From: an uncultured Pseudomonadota bacterium | GTDB lineage: Bacteria > Pseudomonadota > Gammaproteobacteria > Steroidobacterales > Steroidobacteraceae | DNA length: 64,000 nucleotides | Direction of reading: 5' to 3' | Assembly: GCA_963780455.1 (NCBI GenBank) | Contig: CAWACM010000014.1 | Coordinates: 42,737-106,736 of the forward strand | In this document: positions 9,331 to 18,608 of the stretch, one piece after another | Position numbering within the stretch: position 1 is the stretch's first letter | How the letters are laid out: the number at the start of each line of letters is the position of its first letter | Made by a program: the position numbers and the translations under genes | Notes under the pieces: generated by a model | What the model was told of the DNA's origin: nothing | The model's database searches: none | Seen by the model: only the letters and a program-made list of their open reading frames with translations

Positions 9331-12030
9331 CTACAAGCTCGCCCGTACCCCCGCGAGCAGTGTCACGTCGTAGAACTCGCGCTGGATCGGCCGCGATTCG
9401 CTCGTTCCCTCGGTGAACTTGAGCGGCGTATTGAGCAGATTCTTGGCATCGAAATAGAACTGCACGGCGTGCGTGATCGCGTAGCTCGACCCGAAGTCCA
9501 AGGTGAGGCGCGGGCTCGAGTAGTCGTCGAACTCATTGGTGAGATCGGGGCCGAAGCCGAACAGGTTCTGGCCGACGTAGTCGGCGGCCACCCGTAGCTC
9601 GAGGGGATTGCGCTCGTAGAACAGCGCCAGATTCCAGGTGAGCTCCGCTGTCGAGGGCAGCGGCCCGCGGATGCCCGGATGAACCTCCGCCTCCGAATGC
9701 ACGACGGTGGCGTTGGCGTTGACGCCGAAGCCGTCGAGCGGTGCCGGCAGCCACAGGAGCTGCTGTTGGAATTGGGCCTCCAGGCCATAGACGTGCGCAG
9801 TTCCGTTGCTGTAGGAGTCCACGAGCGTCGGTACGCCGACCAGGCCCGGAAAGTCGTAGCTCGGCAAGCTTTGCTGGGAGAGCAGGATGAAGTTGTCGTA
9901 CTTCTTGCCGAACAGATCGAGCTCGGCAATCTGCCCATGCCCCGGGTAGTAGCTGAAGGTCAGATCGAGATTCTGCCCGGTCGTCGGCTTGAGCTTCGGA
10001 TTGCCGATCGTGACGCTGGCGCCGCTCACGCTGACGTTCGCCCCGGGAGTGATCTGGTCGAATCCCGGCCGCGCGATCGCGGTCGAGTAGGCGATCCGCC
10101 CGAGCAGCGTGGGCAGCAGCTGGTAGCGCAGCTGCAGGGTCGGGAACGCGTTGGTGTAGGAATTCGACGTCGACGCGGGGGAGTTCGTGTCGTCGTCGGA
10201 GTTATAGAGGTTGCCGCGGTACGTGGCCTGAGTCTTCTCGACCCGCACACCGGTGAGCACCCCGAACTTCCCGAATGTGGCCGTGTATTGGCCGTAAGCG
10301 GCGTACACGTTCTCGTCATCATCTGTGCTGAGGGAGGCGTCCGCCGCGGCATCGTCCTGGTAGGACGTCAGATTACTGTTATCGGCAAGCTGCTGTACGT
10401 CGGGCAGGCTGATGGGCGGCCCGATGTTGTAATTGTCCTCATAGTAGATCTGCGACGGACCGCCGGCGTACGGGGCCAGGCTGATCGTGCCGATGGGGTT
10501 CCAGTACGGGTCGTGCTCGAGATGCGTTTTGTGCCGCAAGCGCGCCATCAGGCCGAACTTGAGCGCATCCGCGGGAATGGAGCCCATCGGAATGGTGAGG
10601 TCGAGCGCTCCGCCCCACTCGCGATCCCGATCGTATGACTGGCCACCGGTGATCTGCGTCAGAGTGTAGGTCGACGGATCGGCGGGATTGGTGCCGTCGA
10701 GCGTCTGGAACGTCGGAAAATCAGCGTTCGTATTGTTGTTGTATGCCACCGGCACCGGGTTCGGGTCGTCCCACTGGGAGCCGTAGTTGTGCGAGAACGT
10801 ATCGGTGCCGAGGACGTACGATAGCCGGTAATCGAGCGAGAAGCTCGGCAGGACCGTGCGGCCGCCCAGGATCGCCAGGCTGTTCTGGATGCGCTCGAGC
10901 GAGTCGGTCGTATCCTGCTGGACGTCCGTATCAGGGGAGTAGAACGCCGCCGGGTTGGACGGAGCCTCGACGCAGGACGGCTGTGGAGTACAAGGGGTCG
11001 CGGAGTCGAGGCCGTCCAGCACGAGGTAGTGCTTGCGCCCCTGCTCGAGGTAGCCGGAGTAGAGCAAGCGCAGATAGACGGAGTTGTTGGCGTCCACCTT
11101 GCCATCGATGTTCGCGGCCGTGCCGTAACGGCGGCGGTGATACTTATACCAGCGAAACTCCAGATCGCTCAGCAGCTTGCCCGGCACGCCGGCGCTTTGC
11201 TGGTCGGAGTAGGACTCTTCTATGTCGTCGACGCCGCGCTGGTCATCGTGGTAGACGGCCGTCAGCGCGACGCTCAAGGCCTCCGGGCCGGAAAAAAGTC
11301 CGTCGAAGCCGTCCCCGCCGTCGAGGCTCCCTCCCGCCGTCGCTTCGCCGTTGATCACCGGCGAGCCACGCAGCGTCTCATCGCCGCCGCCCAGGTCAAG
11401 GTCGAGGAACCGCCGCCCACCGTGCTCGGCACCGCTGACCGGCAGCAGATCGACGGTGCCGCCGAGGGACTCGGCGTCCATGTCGGGCTCGTTGGTCTCG
11501 ATCACCTGCACGCCGCTCACGATGCCCATGGGAAACGTATCGAGGGCGACCGCACGCCCGCCGCCGAAGGGCGAGGAGGGATTGGAAGCCGGCAGCGGCA
11601 CGCCGGCGTATTCCGTGGCGTTGAGATCCGGATCCATGCCGCGGATTTCGACGAACCGGCCCTCTCCTGAATCGGTCTCGAGCGAGACGCCGGGGACGCG
11701 CTGCAGCGCCTCGGCAAGGTTCGCGTCAGGCAGCTTCTGCATTTCGCTGAGCGGCTGCACCTCGATGATGTTGAGGGCCTGCTCTTTCGCCTCGATCGCC
11801 TGCGTCCGCGTGACGATGCGCGAAGCGTGGATCTTCACAGTTTCCAGCTTCTCGACACTTTGGCTGCTGTCGGCCGCGTCGGCCGCCGCTGCTTCGGCGC
11901 TGGCGATGGCGGGGCCCGGAATCGACTGGGCCCGAGCCTGCGGGATACTCGCCAGACCGATGGCGGCGCCCGCCAGAGCGCAAAACGACGGAGCAACCCA
12001 CACCAATCCGCGGGCACGACGCAGATGCAT
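9331..12030 (-). CDS. TonB-dependent receptor
   Basis: Lies within ORF 9331-12117. The likely start is ATG 12030 (MHLRRARGLVWVAPSFCALAGAAIGLASIPQARAQ signal peptide). It has a plug-like segment (VEVQPLSEMQKLPDANLAEALQRVPGV) and a long barrel. Confidence 0.88.
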   Translation of the reverse strand: MHLRRARGLVWVAPSFCALAGAAIGLASIPQARAQSIPGPAIASAEAAAADAADSSQSVEKLETVKIHASRIVTRTQAIEAKEQALNIIEVQPLSEMQKLPDANLAEALQRVPGVSLETDSGEGRFVEIRGMDPDLNATEYAGVPLPASNPSSPFGGGRAVALDTFPMGIVSGVQVIETNEPDMDAESLGGTVDLLPVSGAEHGGRRFLDLDLGGGDETLRGSPVINGEATAGGSLDGGDGFDGLFSGPEALSVALTAVYHDDQRGVDDIEESYSDQQSAGVPGKLLSDLEFRWYKYHRRRYGTAANIDGKVDANNSVYLRLLYSGYLEQGRKHYLVLDGLDSATPCTPQPSCVEAPSNPAAFYSPDTDVQQDTTDSLERIQNSLAILGGRTVLPSFSLDYRLSYVLGTDTFSHNYGSQWDDPNPVPVAYNNNTNADFPTFQTLDGTNPADPSTYTLTQITGGQSYDRDREWGGALDLTIPMGSIPADALKFGLMARLRHKTHLEHDPYWNPIGTISLAPYAGGPSQIYYEDNYNIGPPISLPDVQQLADNSNLTSYQDDAAADASLSTDDDENVYAAYGQYTATFGKFGVLTGVRVEKTQATYRGNLYNSDDDTNSPASTSNSYTNAFPTLQLRYQLLPTLLGRIAYSTAIARPGFDQITPGANVSVSGASVTIGNPKLKPTTGQNLDLTFSYYPGHGQIAELDLFGKKYDNFILLSQQSLPSYDFPGLVGVPTLVDSYSNGTAHVYGLEAQFQQQLLWLPAPLDGFGVNANATVVHSEAEVHPGIRGPLPSTAELTWNLALFYERNPLELRVAADYVGQNLFGFGPDLTNEFDDYSSPRLTLDFGSSYAITHAVQFYFDAKNLLNTPLKFTEGTSESRPIQREFYDVTLLAGVRASL

Positions 12031-12150
12031 AGAGGCTCCCGAGTTAGACTTCCCTGTGATGCGTTCGACCGAGTCCTCGGGAAACTGTAATGCGCGTGTA
12101 TTTCGGAAACGTGACAATGGCCGGTGTCGCCCGATTGGAACACCCTACAC

Positions 12151-13476
12151 ATGATCGATGAATCATCCGGCGTCCTGCCGCGCCGGTCGCTGCGGTACGC
12201 GCTCGCGACGCTGTTGATGGCAGCGAGCCTGTCCTCTGCGCACGCTGCCCCTGTTGCAACGGGCCCGTGGGTGCTCGAGCGAGCTGTGCTGCTGCAGCGG
12301 CACGGCGTGCGGGCGCCGACGGAAACGCCCGCCGCGCTCGCCCGCTATTCGGCCCAACCGTGGCCGCAGTGGCCCGTCGGTCCGGGAGAGCTGACGGATG
12401 GCGGCCGGCGGGCGCTTGCCGCGATGGCTTCCTACATCAGGGCGCGATATGCCGGGTTGGGGTTGCTGCCACGGTCAGGCTGCCCGGCGTCCGGAGGGTT
12501 GTATGTGTGGGCAGACAGCGCGGATCAGCGCACGCGCGCAAGCGGCGCCATCATGGCCGCGGGACTCGCACCGGGCTGCTCGATCACCGCTCAGCACGCG
12601 GTGACCCGGCGCGATCCGCTATTCCACTCGGCCGGGATCTGCCCGTTGGATGCGCGGGCGGCGCAGGCACAGATCATGGCGCGCGCCAATGGGAACCTGA
12701 ATGCGCTGGGACCCGAATACGAACGGGCGCGTCAGGCTCTGCAAGCGGTGTTGTGGCCCGGCGTTCGCGATTGCGGCGGCGACGGCGCGCGCTGCTCCAT
12801 ACTGCGCGCACGCAATCGGCTGACCATCGTGCACGGCAAATTGAAGCTCACCGGTCCCCTCGAAGTCGGCGCCTCGCTGTCGGAAAACCTTCTGCTCGAG
12901 TACACCGATGGCCTTCCGAGCAGCGAGGTCGGCTGGGGGCGGGCAGCTTCACCGTCGCAACTCGCGCAGGTTCTGCCGTTGCACGCTATTTCCGCCGACC
13001 TGATGCGCCGTACCCCCGCGATCGCCGCGAGCGGTGGCACTCCCCTAGCGCATCTCATGTTGCTGCTTCTCGAGGAGCGCCCCACCGCTGGCGCCTTTGC
13101 CGCCGCACCGCGTGTGCCTGCCACCGCGGGGCTCGTGGTCCTGGCGGGCCACGATACCAACCTATCCAATGTTGGCTCGATCCTCGGCCTCGATTGGACG
13201 CTCCCCCATGAGCCGGACAGCACGGCGCCCGACACGACCCTTGCTCTTGAGCTCTGGCGCAACGCGCATGACGGACGCCAATACGTCCGCGCCGTCGTCT
13301 TCTACCAGACGCTGGCCCAGCTGCGTGCGGAGGCAATGCGTGCCCGGGGTGATCCGCATGTCCCGACGGCGCACGCGCTTCCCCTCACTTTCCCGGGCTG
13401 TACGTCCTCACGCTGTCCGCTTGGCGTGGTCCGTGCACGCATCGAGAGCCGGATGAGTCGCAACTGTGCGCAGTAG
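12151..13476 (+). CDS. Histidine acid phosphatase (phytase/AppA-like)
   Basis: RHGVRAP (the RHGxRxP motif) and AGHDTN (the HD motif) are both present. Signal peptide starts from ATG 12151. The gene is divergent from the TBDR gene. Confidence 0.85.
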   Translation: MIDESSGVLPRRSLRYALATLLMAASLSSAHAAPVATGPWVLERAVLLQRHGVRAPTETPAALARYSAQPWPQWPVGPGELTDGGRRALAAMASYIRARYAGLGLLPRSGCPASGGLYVWADSADQRTRASGAIMAAGLAPGCSITAQHAVTRRDPLFHSAGICPLDARAAQAQIMARANGNLNALGPEYERARQALQAVLWPGVRDCGGDGARCSILRARNRLTIVHGKLKLTGPLEVGASLSENLLLEYTDGLPSSEVGWGRAASPSQLAQVLPLHAISADLMRRTPAIAASGGTPLAHLMLLLLEERPTAGAFAAAPRVPATAGLVVLAGHDTNLSNVGSILGLDWTLPHEPDSTAPDTTLALELWRNAHDGRQYVRAVVFYQTLAQLRAEAMRARGDPHVPTAHALPLTFPGCTSSRCPLGVVRARIESRMSRNCAQ

Positions 13477-13610
13477 ATCTCTCGCGCATTGTCAGTCGCC
13501 AGGCCGCGGTCAAGCTGCAGCCAGGCGAGGCACCACGGTCGCAGCCATCAGTGGCAATCGGCGTAACATGCGCGCTCCGGGCATCCACCATTGCCGGAAC
13601 GGAGAAAGCG

Positions 13611-13922
13611 ATGTTCGACATGAAGAATCTCTCTCGCCTGAAAAAGCTCGACGAGAACGCACCCCAGCCCATGAAGGCCTTCTGGGCTTTCGACAAAGCG
13701 GTGTTCACCGCGGGTGCGCTCGACGTGCTCACAAAGCAACTGATGGCGGTCGCCGTCGCGCTGACGACGCAGTGTCCCTACTGCATCGAGATCCACAACA
13801 AGGCGGCCCGCGAAGCCGGCGCCAGCGACGCGCAGCTGGCGGAAGCCGCCCTGGTTGCCGCCGCCATGCGGGCAGGCGCTTCCGTCACGCATGCCACGCA
13901 TCTTTTCGGACCTTCGGGGTGA
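13611..13922 (+). CDS. Carboxymuconolactone decarboxylase (AhpD-like) family protein
   Basis: ATG 13611 follows GGAGAAAG. The CPYCIEIH CxxC core is typical of the CMD/AhpD family. Confidence 0.8.
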   Translation: MFDMKNLSRLKKLDENAPQPMKAFWAFDKAVFTAGALDVLTKQLMAVAVALTTQCPYCIEIHNKAAREAGASDAQLAEAALVAAAMRAGASVTHATHLFGPSG

Positions 13923-14079
13923 AGCGATTCGCGGCCCCGTGACCGGCCGCTTCCTTCATCACAACAGTGTCGGTCGTCCTCGGGCTGGTGGTCATGACAC
14001 GCGACCTGAAGTGGTTATGGCAACTCCGACTCCAGTAAGCTCGCCGCAGGGGCTTTCGATGCTGTGAAGAGGGACCCAT

Positions 14080-14676
14080 ATGTCGAAGGTTCAGGAAGCT
14101 GCGCTGCAGGGCCTGCATCCGACGCAGCTCACCGTGGGAATGATCGTGGTCCAGGACAAGCGCAAGCACCTGGCCGGGATGAAGGCCGCGGAGCGGCAGG
14201 ACTTCATGGAGGCGCACCCCATGCCGGCCGTGGTCGGGCCGCAGGGAAGGCTCTACATCACCGACCATCATCATCTGGGGCGGGCGGCTCTCGAGGCCGG
14301 GGTGCCCACGGGGTTCTTCCTCGTGGAGGCCGATCTCTCCAAGAGCACCGAGGAATCTTTCTGGAAGGAGATGAACGAGAACCTTTGGGTGCACCCGCTG
14401 GACGGGAACGGGGTGCGGCACTGCTACTCGAGCATTCCCGACAGCCTCGGCAGGCTGGTCGACGACCTCTATCGCTCCCTGGCCGGGTACGTGCGGGATG
14501 AGGGCGGCTTCGACAAGACGCCGACCGCCTTCGCCGAATTCATCTGGGCCGACTTTTTCCGCCGCAACATCGCGATCGAGACGGTGCACTCAGACTTCCA
14601 GACGGCGGTGCATGCGGGCGTCCAGCTTGCCCATAGCAAGTGGGCGAAGAACATACCGGGATACAACGCCAAATAG
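14080..14676 (+). CDS. ParB-like nuclease domain protein (ParBc_2-type)
   Basis: The sequence LHPTQLTVGMIVVQDKRK...RLYITDHHHLGRAALEAGV matches my recollection of the putative ParB-like nuclease family. Intact 198-aa ORF. Confidence 0.7.
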   Translation: MSKVQEAALQGLHPTQLTVGMIVVQDKRKHLAGMKAAERQDFMEAHPMPAVVGPQGRLYITDHHHLGRAALEAGVPTGFFLVEADLSKSTEESFWKEMNENLWVHPLDGNGVRHCYSSIPDSLGRLVDDLYRSLAGYVRDEGGFDKTPTAFAEFIWADFFRRNIAIETVHSDFQTAVHAGVQLAHSKWAKNIPGYNAK

Positions 14677-14847
14677 CGGCGGCCCGGCATGGCAGGCTGT
14701 GCAGGGCTTGGAAAGTGCTCCGGGGCAGCCCGATTGGGAGTAAAGTGCTCGGCAGTGGTACGCAGGTCTGGGAGAGCCTGTGCTCGCGGGTCAAGACGCT
14801 GACCGCTCCACAATGCATCATCCCGACCCGCCACGCCAGAGGAAACC

Positions 14848-15024
14848 GTGCCCAAACAGAACTACCGGCAAGCCAAGAAGCAGAAGGAGCAGAGCCGGAA
14901 GGCTCGCCAGCTCGAGAAGCAGCAGCGCCGGGCTGCGCGCCCGAATGCTTCCGGGGAGCTCGCGACACCGTTGCAGGATCCGACCGTCGCCCCCAGCGAT
15001 CCGACCCTGAGCAGCGGGACGTGA
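14848..15024 (+). CDS. Hypothetical small basic protein (58 aa, K/Q/R-rich)
   Basis: GTG 14848 follows AGAGGAAA. The translation is VPKQNYRQAKKQKEQSRKARQLEKQQRRAARPN.... Third-position G/C is high in this frame but not in the listed overlapping ORF 14640-15425. Its stop overlaps the next start (GTGA). Confidence 0.4.
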   Translation: MPKQNYRQAKKQKEQSRKARQLEKQQRRAARPNASGELATPLQDPTVAPSDPTLSSGT

Positions 15025-15425
15025 GGCTCGGTAACGCCCGCGGGGCGCCTCCTCGTCACGATCGCTCCTACCAGCTCCGCCGCGACCAGGAGGCTGCGCC
15101 CAAGCTGCGCGCGGCGTTCCCCGCGGTCGAGCAGCTGCGTTTTGAGTTGAGCTTCGAGGGTCGTGGGGTGAGTACCCCCGTTCCTCAATCGCATGTCCTC
15201 CACCCTCCGGCCCGCGCGTTCTTTTCTTTCCGTTGTCCGTACGCTGACTGCGACGGCCGGTTCGACCTGGCCGCGGCCGTGAACGCGGCAGTGGAGGACC
15301 CGTCACATCGGACCGAAGGCGTGCTTGAATGTGCCGGCTCGCGCGCGAGCGATTTCGCGTCGAAACCGGCGTGTCAGTTGCGCCTTCACTTTACGCTCAC
15401 GGCGGTGTGCTCACAGGCTCACTGA
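15021..15425 (+). CDS. Hypothetical protein with four Cys (CPYADC...C...C), family not recognised
   Basis: In-frame GTG 15021 overlaps the preceding stop. Third-position bias is coding-like. The upstream part of listed ORF 14640-15425 looks non-coding. Confidence 0.5.
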   Translation: MRLGNARGAPPRHDRSYQLRRDQEAAPKLRAAFPAVEQLRFELSFEGRGVSTPVPQSHVLHPPARAFFSFRCPYADCDGRFDLAAAVNAAVEDPSHRTEGVLECAGSRASDFASKPACQLRLHFTLTAVCSQAH

Positions 15426-15503
15426 CCGAGTGCCCGCCACCCCGGCGGGTATCGAGAGCGACTCGACACCGGCGCCGCTCAGGGCGCCAGGGATTTCATC
15501 ACC

Positions 15504-15848
15504 ATGCGCGAAACCAGAATTACCTCCGCGCAAGCGCTCGTCGCGGATTCAAGCGCGCTCAGGCAGCTGCTCGACGAGGTGCCGGACGCGGGCGAGATCT
15601 GCCCCGAGCTGTCCAAGCCATACTTCACGCGACGCTGGCGGCACACCGACCAGCACAGCTTCTGGATCGCAAGCGACGGCACGACCGCCGTCTGCCATAC
15701 GCTCACCGGCCTGGAGCTCGACGAGGTGATTGCTCTTTGGCTCAGCTTCGACGATTACCGGCGGCGACCTGGATTCAGGCTGTCGGCGCAGGCGCTGAGC
15801 GGGATCATCGAAACGGAATTGGGCCTGTCAGTCGAGCTCGACGGGTGA
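15504..15848 (+). CDS. Hypothetical protein (114 aa)
   Basis: ATG 15504. Codon bias is coding-like. No family recognised. Confidence 0.55.
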   Translation: MRETRITSAQALVADSSALRQLLDEVPDAGEICPELSKPYFTRRWRHTDQHSFWIASDGTTAVCHTLTGLELDEVIALWLSFDDYRRRPGFRLSAQALSGIIETELGLSVELDG

Positions 15849-16210
15849 TCACCCTGAGCTTTCGACCGCTGAGCGGCGAATCGGCGATCCTCGTCCGCGG
15901 CATCTATTTCAGGATCTGCGCCGATGGGACGCTGCGCGGGCCCGACAACGCAGTCACCGCAAGCTTCGTCGACGGCCTCTGGCAGCTCGGGCGCAAGCAG
16001 CATAGGACCGTGGAGTGTCGCGAACCGGTGTATCTGCGCGTGACGACCACGGGGGGCCGGCGCGAATGCATCGGACCTTACGAGAGTCTCAAAGTGGCCG
16101 GCGGCGCGATCTTCTCCAACGAGACCTATCTCGGCGCGCACGCGCGTGGGGAGTCATACGGATCGGAGAACGACATCTGGAAGGAGATCGCGCTTCTGTC
16201 TGAGATATGA
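15845..16210 (+). CDS. Hypothetical protein (121 aa)
   Basis: GTG 15845 overlaps the stop of the previous ORF (GTGA). It is the coding-like distal part of listed ORF 15329-16210. Confidence 0.5.
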   Translation: MITLSFRPLSGESAILVRGIYFRICADGTLRGPDNAVTASFVDGLWQLGRKQHRTVECREPVYLRVTTTGGRRECIGPYESLKVAGGAIFSNETYLGAHARGESYGSENDIWKEIALLSEI

Positions 16211-16343
16211 GGCGCGATCAGACTCGGCCGTTGCCAGTCAGTCGCCTGCGGGCGTCCGCGGCAGCCTGATCATCGTCTGCTGAAGGTGATCTGGTCGATA
16301 TGCTCGGATCGGTCCAGCCGCAGCGCTTTGCCGACACGGTAGA

Positions 16344-17420
16344 ATGCCGCCACGGTTCACCCTGAGGTCAAGCGTGCCAGACGTCGCTCCACAACCCGTG
16401 GTCGCCACCCTCACGCGCGCTGCCATTTTTCTCGTCGCGACCGTCAACCCCGGAACGGAGAACGAAGCCCGCGTGCGGGCGGTGTGCGGTGACGTGGCTT
16501 CCCTGCTGCGCGCAGTCGGGTTTCGGGATCTCGAGGGGCGGCTGTCTTGCGTCATGGCCTTTGGCTCCGACGCCTGGGACCGTCTTTTCGGGACGCCCAA
16601 GCCGCAGGGATTGCATCCGTTCCGCGAGATTCATGGGCGCCATCACGCGGTCTCTACTCCAGGGGATATTTTTCTTCATATACGCGCCGTCCGCATGGAT
16701 CTGTGTTTCGAGCTGGCAACACAGATCATGTCGCGGCTCGAGGGCGCGGTCGCCGTCGTTGACGAGGTACACGGCTTCGGTTACTTCGATGACCGCGACC
16801 TGCTCGGCTTCGTCGATGGGACGGAGAACCCGGTCGATGAGGCTGCCGCCCGCGCCACCCTCATCGGCGAAGAGGATGCGGCCTTCACCGGCGGCAGTTA
16901 CGTGATCACGCAAAAGTATCTGCATGACCTCTCAGGATGGAATGACCTTCCGGTCGCGCAGCAGGAGAAAATCATCGGCCGGACCAAGCTGTCCGACATC
17001 GAGCTCGACGACGCGGTGAAGCCCACCTACGCGCATAACGCACTCACCACGATCATCGAGGACGGCGAGCAACTCGAGATCGTGCGCGACAACATGCCTT
17101 TCGGCGAGCTCGGCAAGGGCGAATTCGGCACGTACTTCATCGGCTATGCGCGCTCGCCGCACCGCATCGAGCAGATGCTCGAGAACATGTTCATCGGTAA
17201 GCCACCGGGAAATTACGATCGGCTGCTCGACTTCAGCCGTGCGGTGACAGGCACGCTCTTCTTCGTGCCGTCGGCGACGTTCCTGGAGGACGTTGCCCCG
17301 GGGGCTTCGCCGCCGCCGACTGCAGGCCCGACATCTGCGCCGGATCCAGCGGGCGACTCCGCATCGCGGCCGTCGCCATCCGATGGCTCACTTGGTATTG
17401 GTTCTTTGAAGAAAGGGTAG
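16344..17420 (+). CDS. Dye-decolourising (DyP-type) peroxidase, encapsulin cargo
   Basis: The DyP-like sequence includes FGYFDDRDLLGFVDGTENP. A disordered Pro/Ala/Ser tail ends in SDGSLGIGSLKKG, matching the encapsulin cargo-loading peptide consensus. An alternative start is GTG 16374, after GAGG. Confidence 0.88.
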   Translation: MPPRFTLRSSVPDVAPQPVVATLTRAAIFLVATVNPGTENEARVRAVCGDVASLLRAVGFRDLEGRLSCVMAFGSDAWDRLFGTPKPQGLHPFREIHGRHHAVSTPGDIFLHIRAVRMDLCFELATQIMSRLEGAVAVVDEVHGFGYFDDRDLLGFVDGTENPVDEAAARATLIGEEDAAFTGGSYVITQKYLHDLSGWNDLPVAQQEKIIGRTKLSDIELDDAVKPTYAHNALTTIIEDGEQLEIVRDNMPFGELGKGEFGTYFIGYARSPHRIEQMLENMFIGKPPGNYDRLLDFSRAVTGTLFFVPSATFLEDVAPGASPPPTAGPTSAPDPAGDSASRPSPSDGSLGIGSLKKG

Positions 17421-17423
17421 CCC

Positions 17424-18230
17424 ATGAACAATCTGCATCGGGAACTCGCGCCTGTCTCCGAGAAGGCCTGGGCTCAAATCGAAGAAGAGGCGACGCGTAC
17501 CCTGAAGCGCCATCTGGCCGCGCGGCGAGTGGTGGACGTGGTGGGCCCGAAGGGAACCGACCTTGCGGCCGTCGATACCGGGCATGTCCGCGAGATCAAA
17601 TCGCCTGCGGATGGCGTTCAGGCCACGCAGCGCGAGGCGAAGGCACTCGTGGAATTGCGGGTTCCGTTCCAGCTCACGCGCGAGGCGATCGACGACGTCG
17701 AGCGTGGTGCAACGGATTCGAACTGGGCACCGGTGAAGGAAGCGGCGCGCAGGATCGCGCTTGCCGAGGACAGCTCCGTCTTCGAGGGGTACGCCGCAGC
17801 AGGGATAGAGGGCATCCGTCAGGGATGCAGCAATCCGAAGTTGGTGCTGCCCGTCAGCGTGAAGGCTTATCCGGGCGCGGTGGCGCAGGCGGTCAGTCAA
17901 CTGCGTCTCGCCGGCGTGAATGGGCCCTACGTTTTATTGCTGGGTGCGGAAGCCTATACGGCCGCCACCGGCGGCAGCGACGAAGGCTATCCCGTCCTTC
18001 GGCATATCGAGCGGCTCGTAGAAGGCGAGATCGTGTGGGCGCCTGCCATCGAGGGCGGCTTCGTGGTCACGACCCGTGGCGGTGATTTCGAGCTGGATAT
18101 CGGCCAGGACATCTCGATCGGTTACTCCAGTCATTCCAGGACCGGCGTCGAGCTGTACCTGCAGGAGACCTTTACCTTCCGGATGCTGACGTCCGAGGCT
18201 GCTGCCGTGCTCACGCCTGCGAAGAAGTAG
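17424..18230 (+). CDS. Family 1 encapsulin shell protein (linocin M18-like)
   Basis: The N-terminus MNNLHRELAPVSEKAWAQIEEEATRTLKRHLAARRVVDV is typical of encapsulins. 268 aa. It starts 3 nt after the DyP stop. Confidence 0.9.
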   Translation: MNNLHRELAPVSEKAWAQIEEEATRTLKRHLAARRVVDVVGPKGTDLAAVDTGHVREIKSPADGVQATQREAKALVELRVPFQLTREAIDDVERGATDSNWAPVKEAARRIALAEDSSVFEGYAAAGIEGIRQGCSNPKLVLPVSVKAYPGAVAQAVSQLRLAGVNGPYVLLLGAEAYTAATGGSDEGYPVLRHIERLVEGEIVWAPAIEGGFVVTTRGGDFELDIGQDISIGYSSHSRTGVELYLQETFTFRMLTSEAAAVLTPAKK

Positions 18231-18344
18231 ATGCGATCCGACTCCGCCGGACCATGCGGTTAGGAGTTGGCGGCGGCCCGGTCAGGCACGCCCTTTGCTC
18301 TCCCACCCCTGGGTGCTCTCAACCTGTTGGGAGGAGCAAACATC

Positions 18345-18518
18345 ATGGATCTCGTTCTCATTCTGATTCTGCTGTTGCTGCTGTTCGGCGGCGGTGGCGG
18401 CCTGTGGTGGGGCTTCGGGGCGGGCTGGGGGATGGGCCCCATCGGGCTCATCGTTCTGGTCATCGTCGTAGCTGCGGTGCTGGGTGGATACCGCGGCCGG
18501 AGGGGGCCGCCGCTGTAA
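18345..18518 (+). CDS. Small hydrophobic Gly-rich membrane protein (57 aa, DUF3309-like)
   Basis: ATG 18345 follows GGAGGAG. The translation is MDLVLILILLLLLFGGGGGLWWGFGAGWGMGPIGLIVLVIVVAAVLGGYRGRRG, with two predicted TM segments. Confidence 0.55.
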   Translation: MDLVLILILLLLLFGGGGGLWWGFGAGWGMGPIGLIVLVIVVAAVLGGYRGRRGPPL

Positions 18519-18608
18519 GCAACACGCCCGCTACCAATGGCTCACCCTTGCGCCGTATAGTCAGGGCGTGCAAGGATCGCCGATCCAGTGTGGGGCTCGG
18601 GGTCGGCC

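Noticed and set aside
14640-15020. Upstream part of the listed 261-aa ORF 14640-15425
   Set aside because: Third-position G/C bias favours the overlapping 58-codon frame (14848-15024) instead. The downstream gene most likely starts at GTG 15021.
15504-16210. Possibility that the small ORFs upstream of DyP are additional encapsulin cargo
   Set aside because: None of their C-termini (…LGLSVELDG, …EIALLSEI, …AVCSQAH, …TLSSGT) convincingly matches the LxIGSLK-type loading peptide seen on DyP. This is kept only as a test suggestion.
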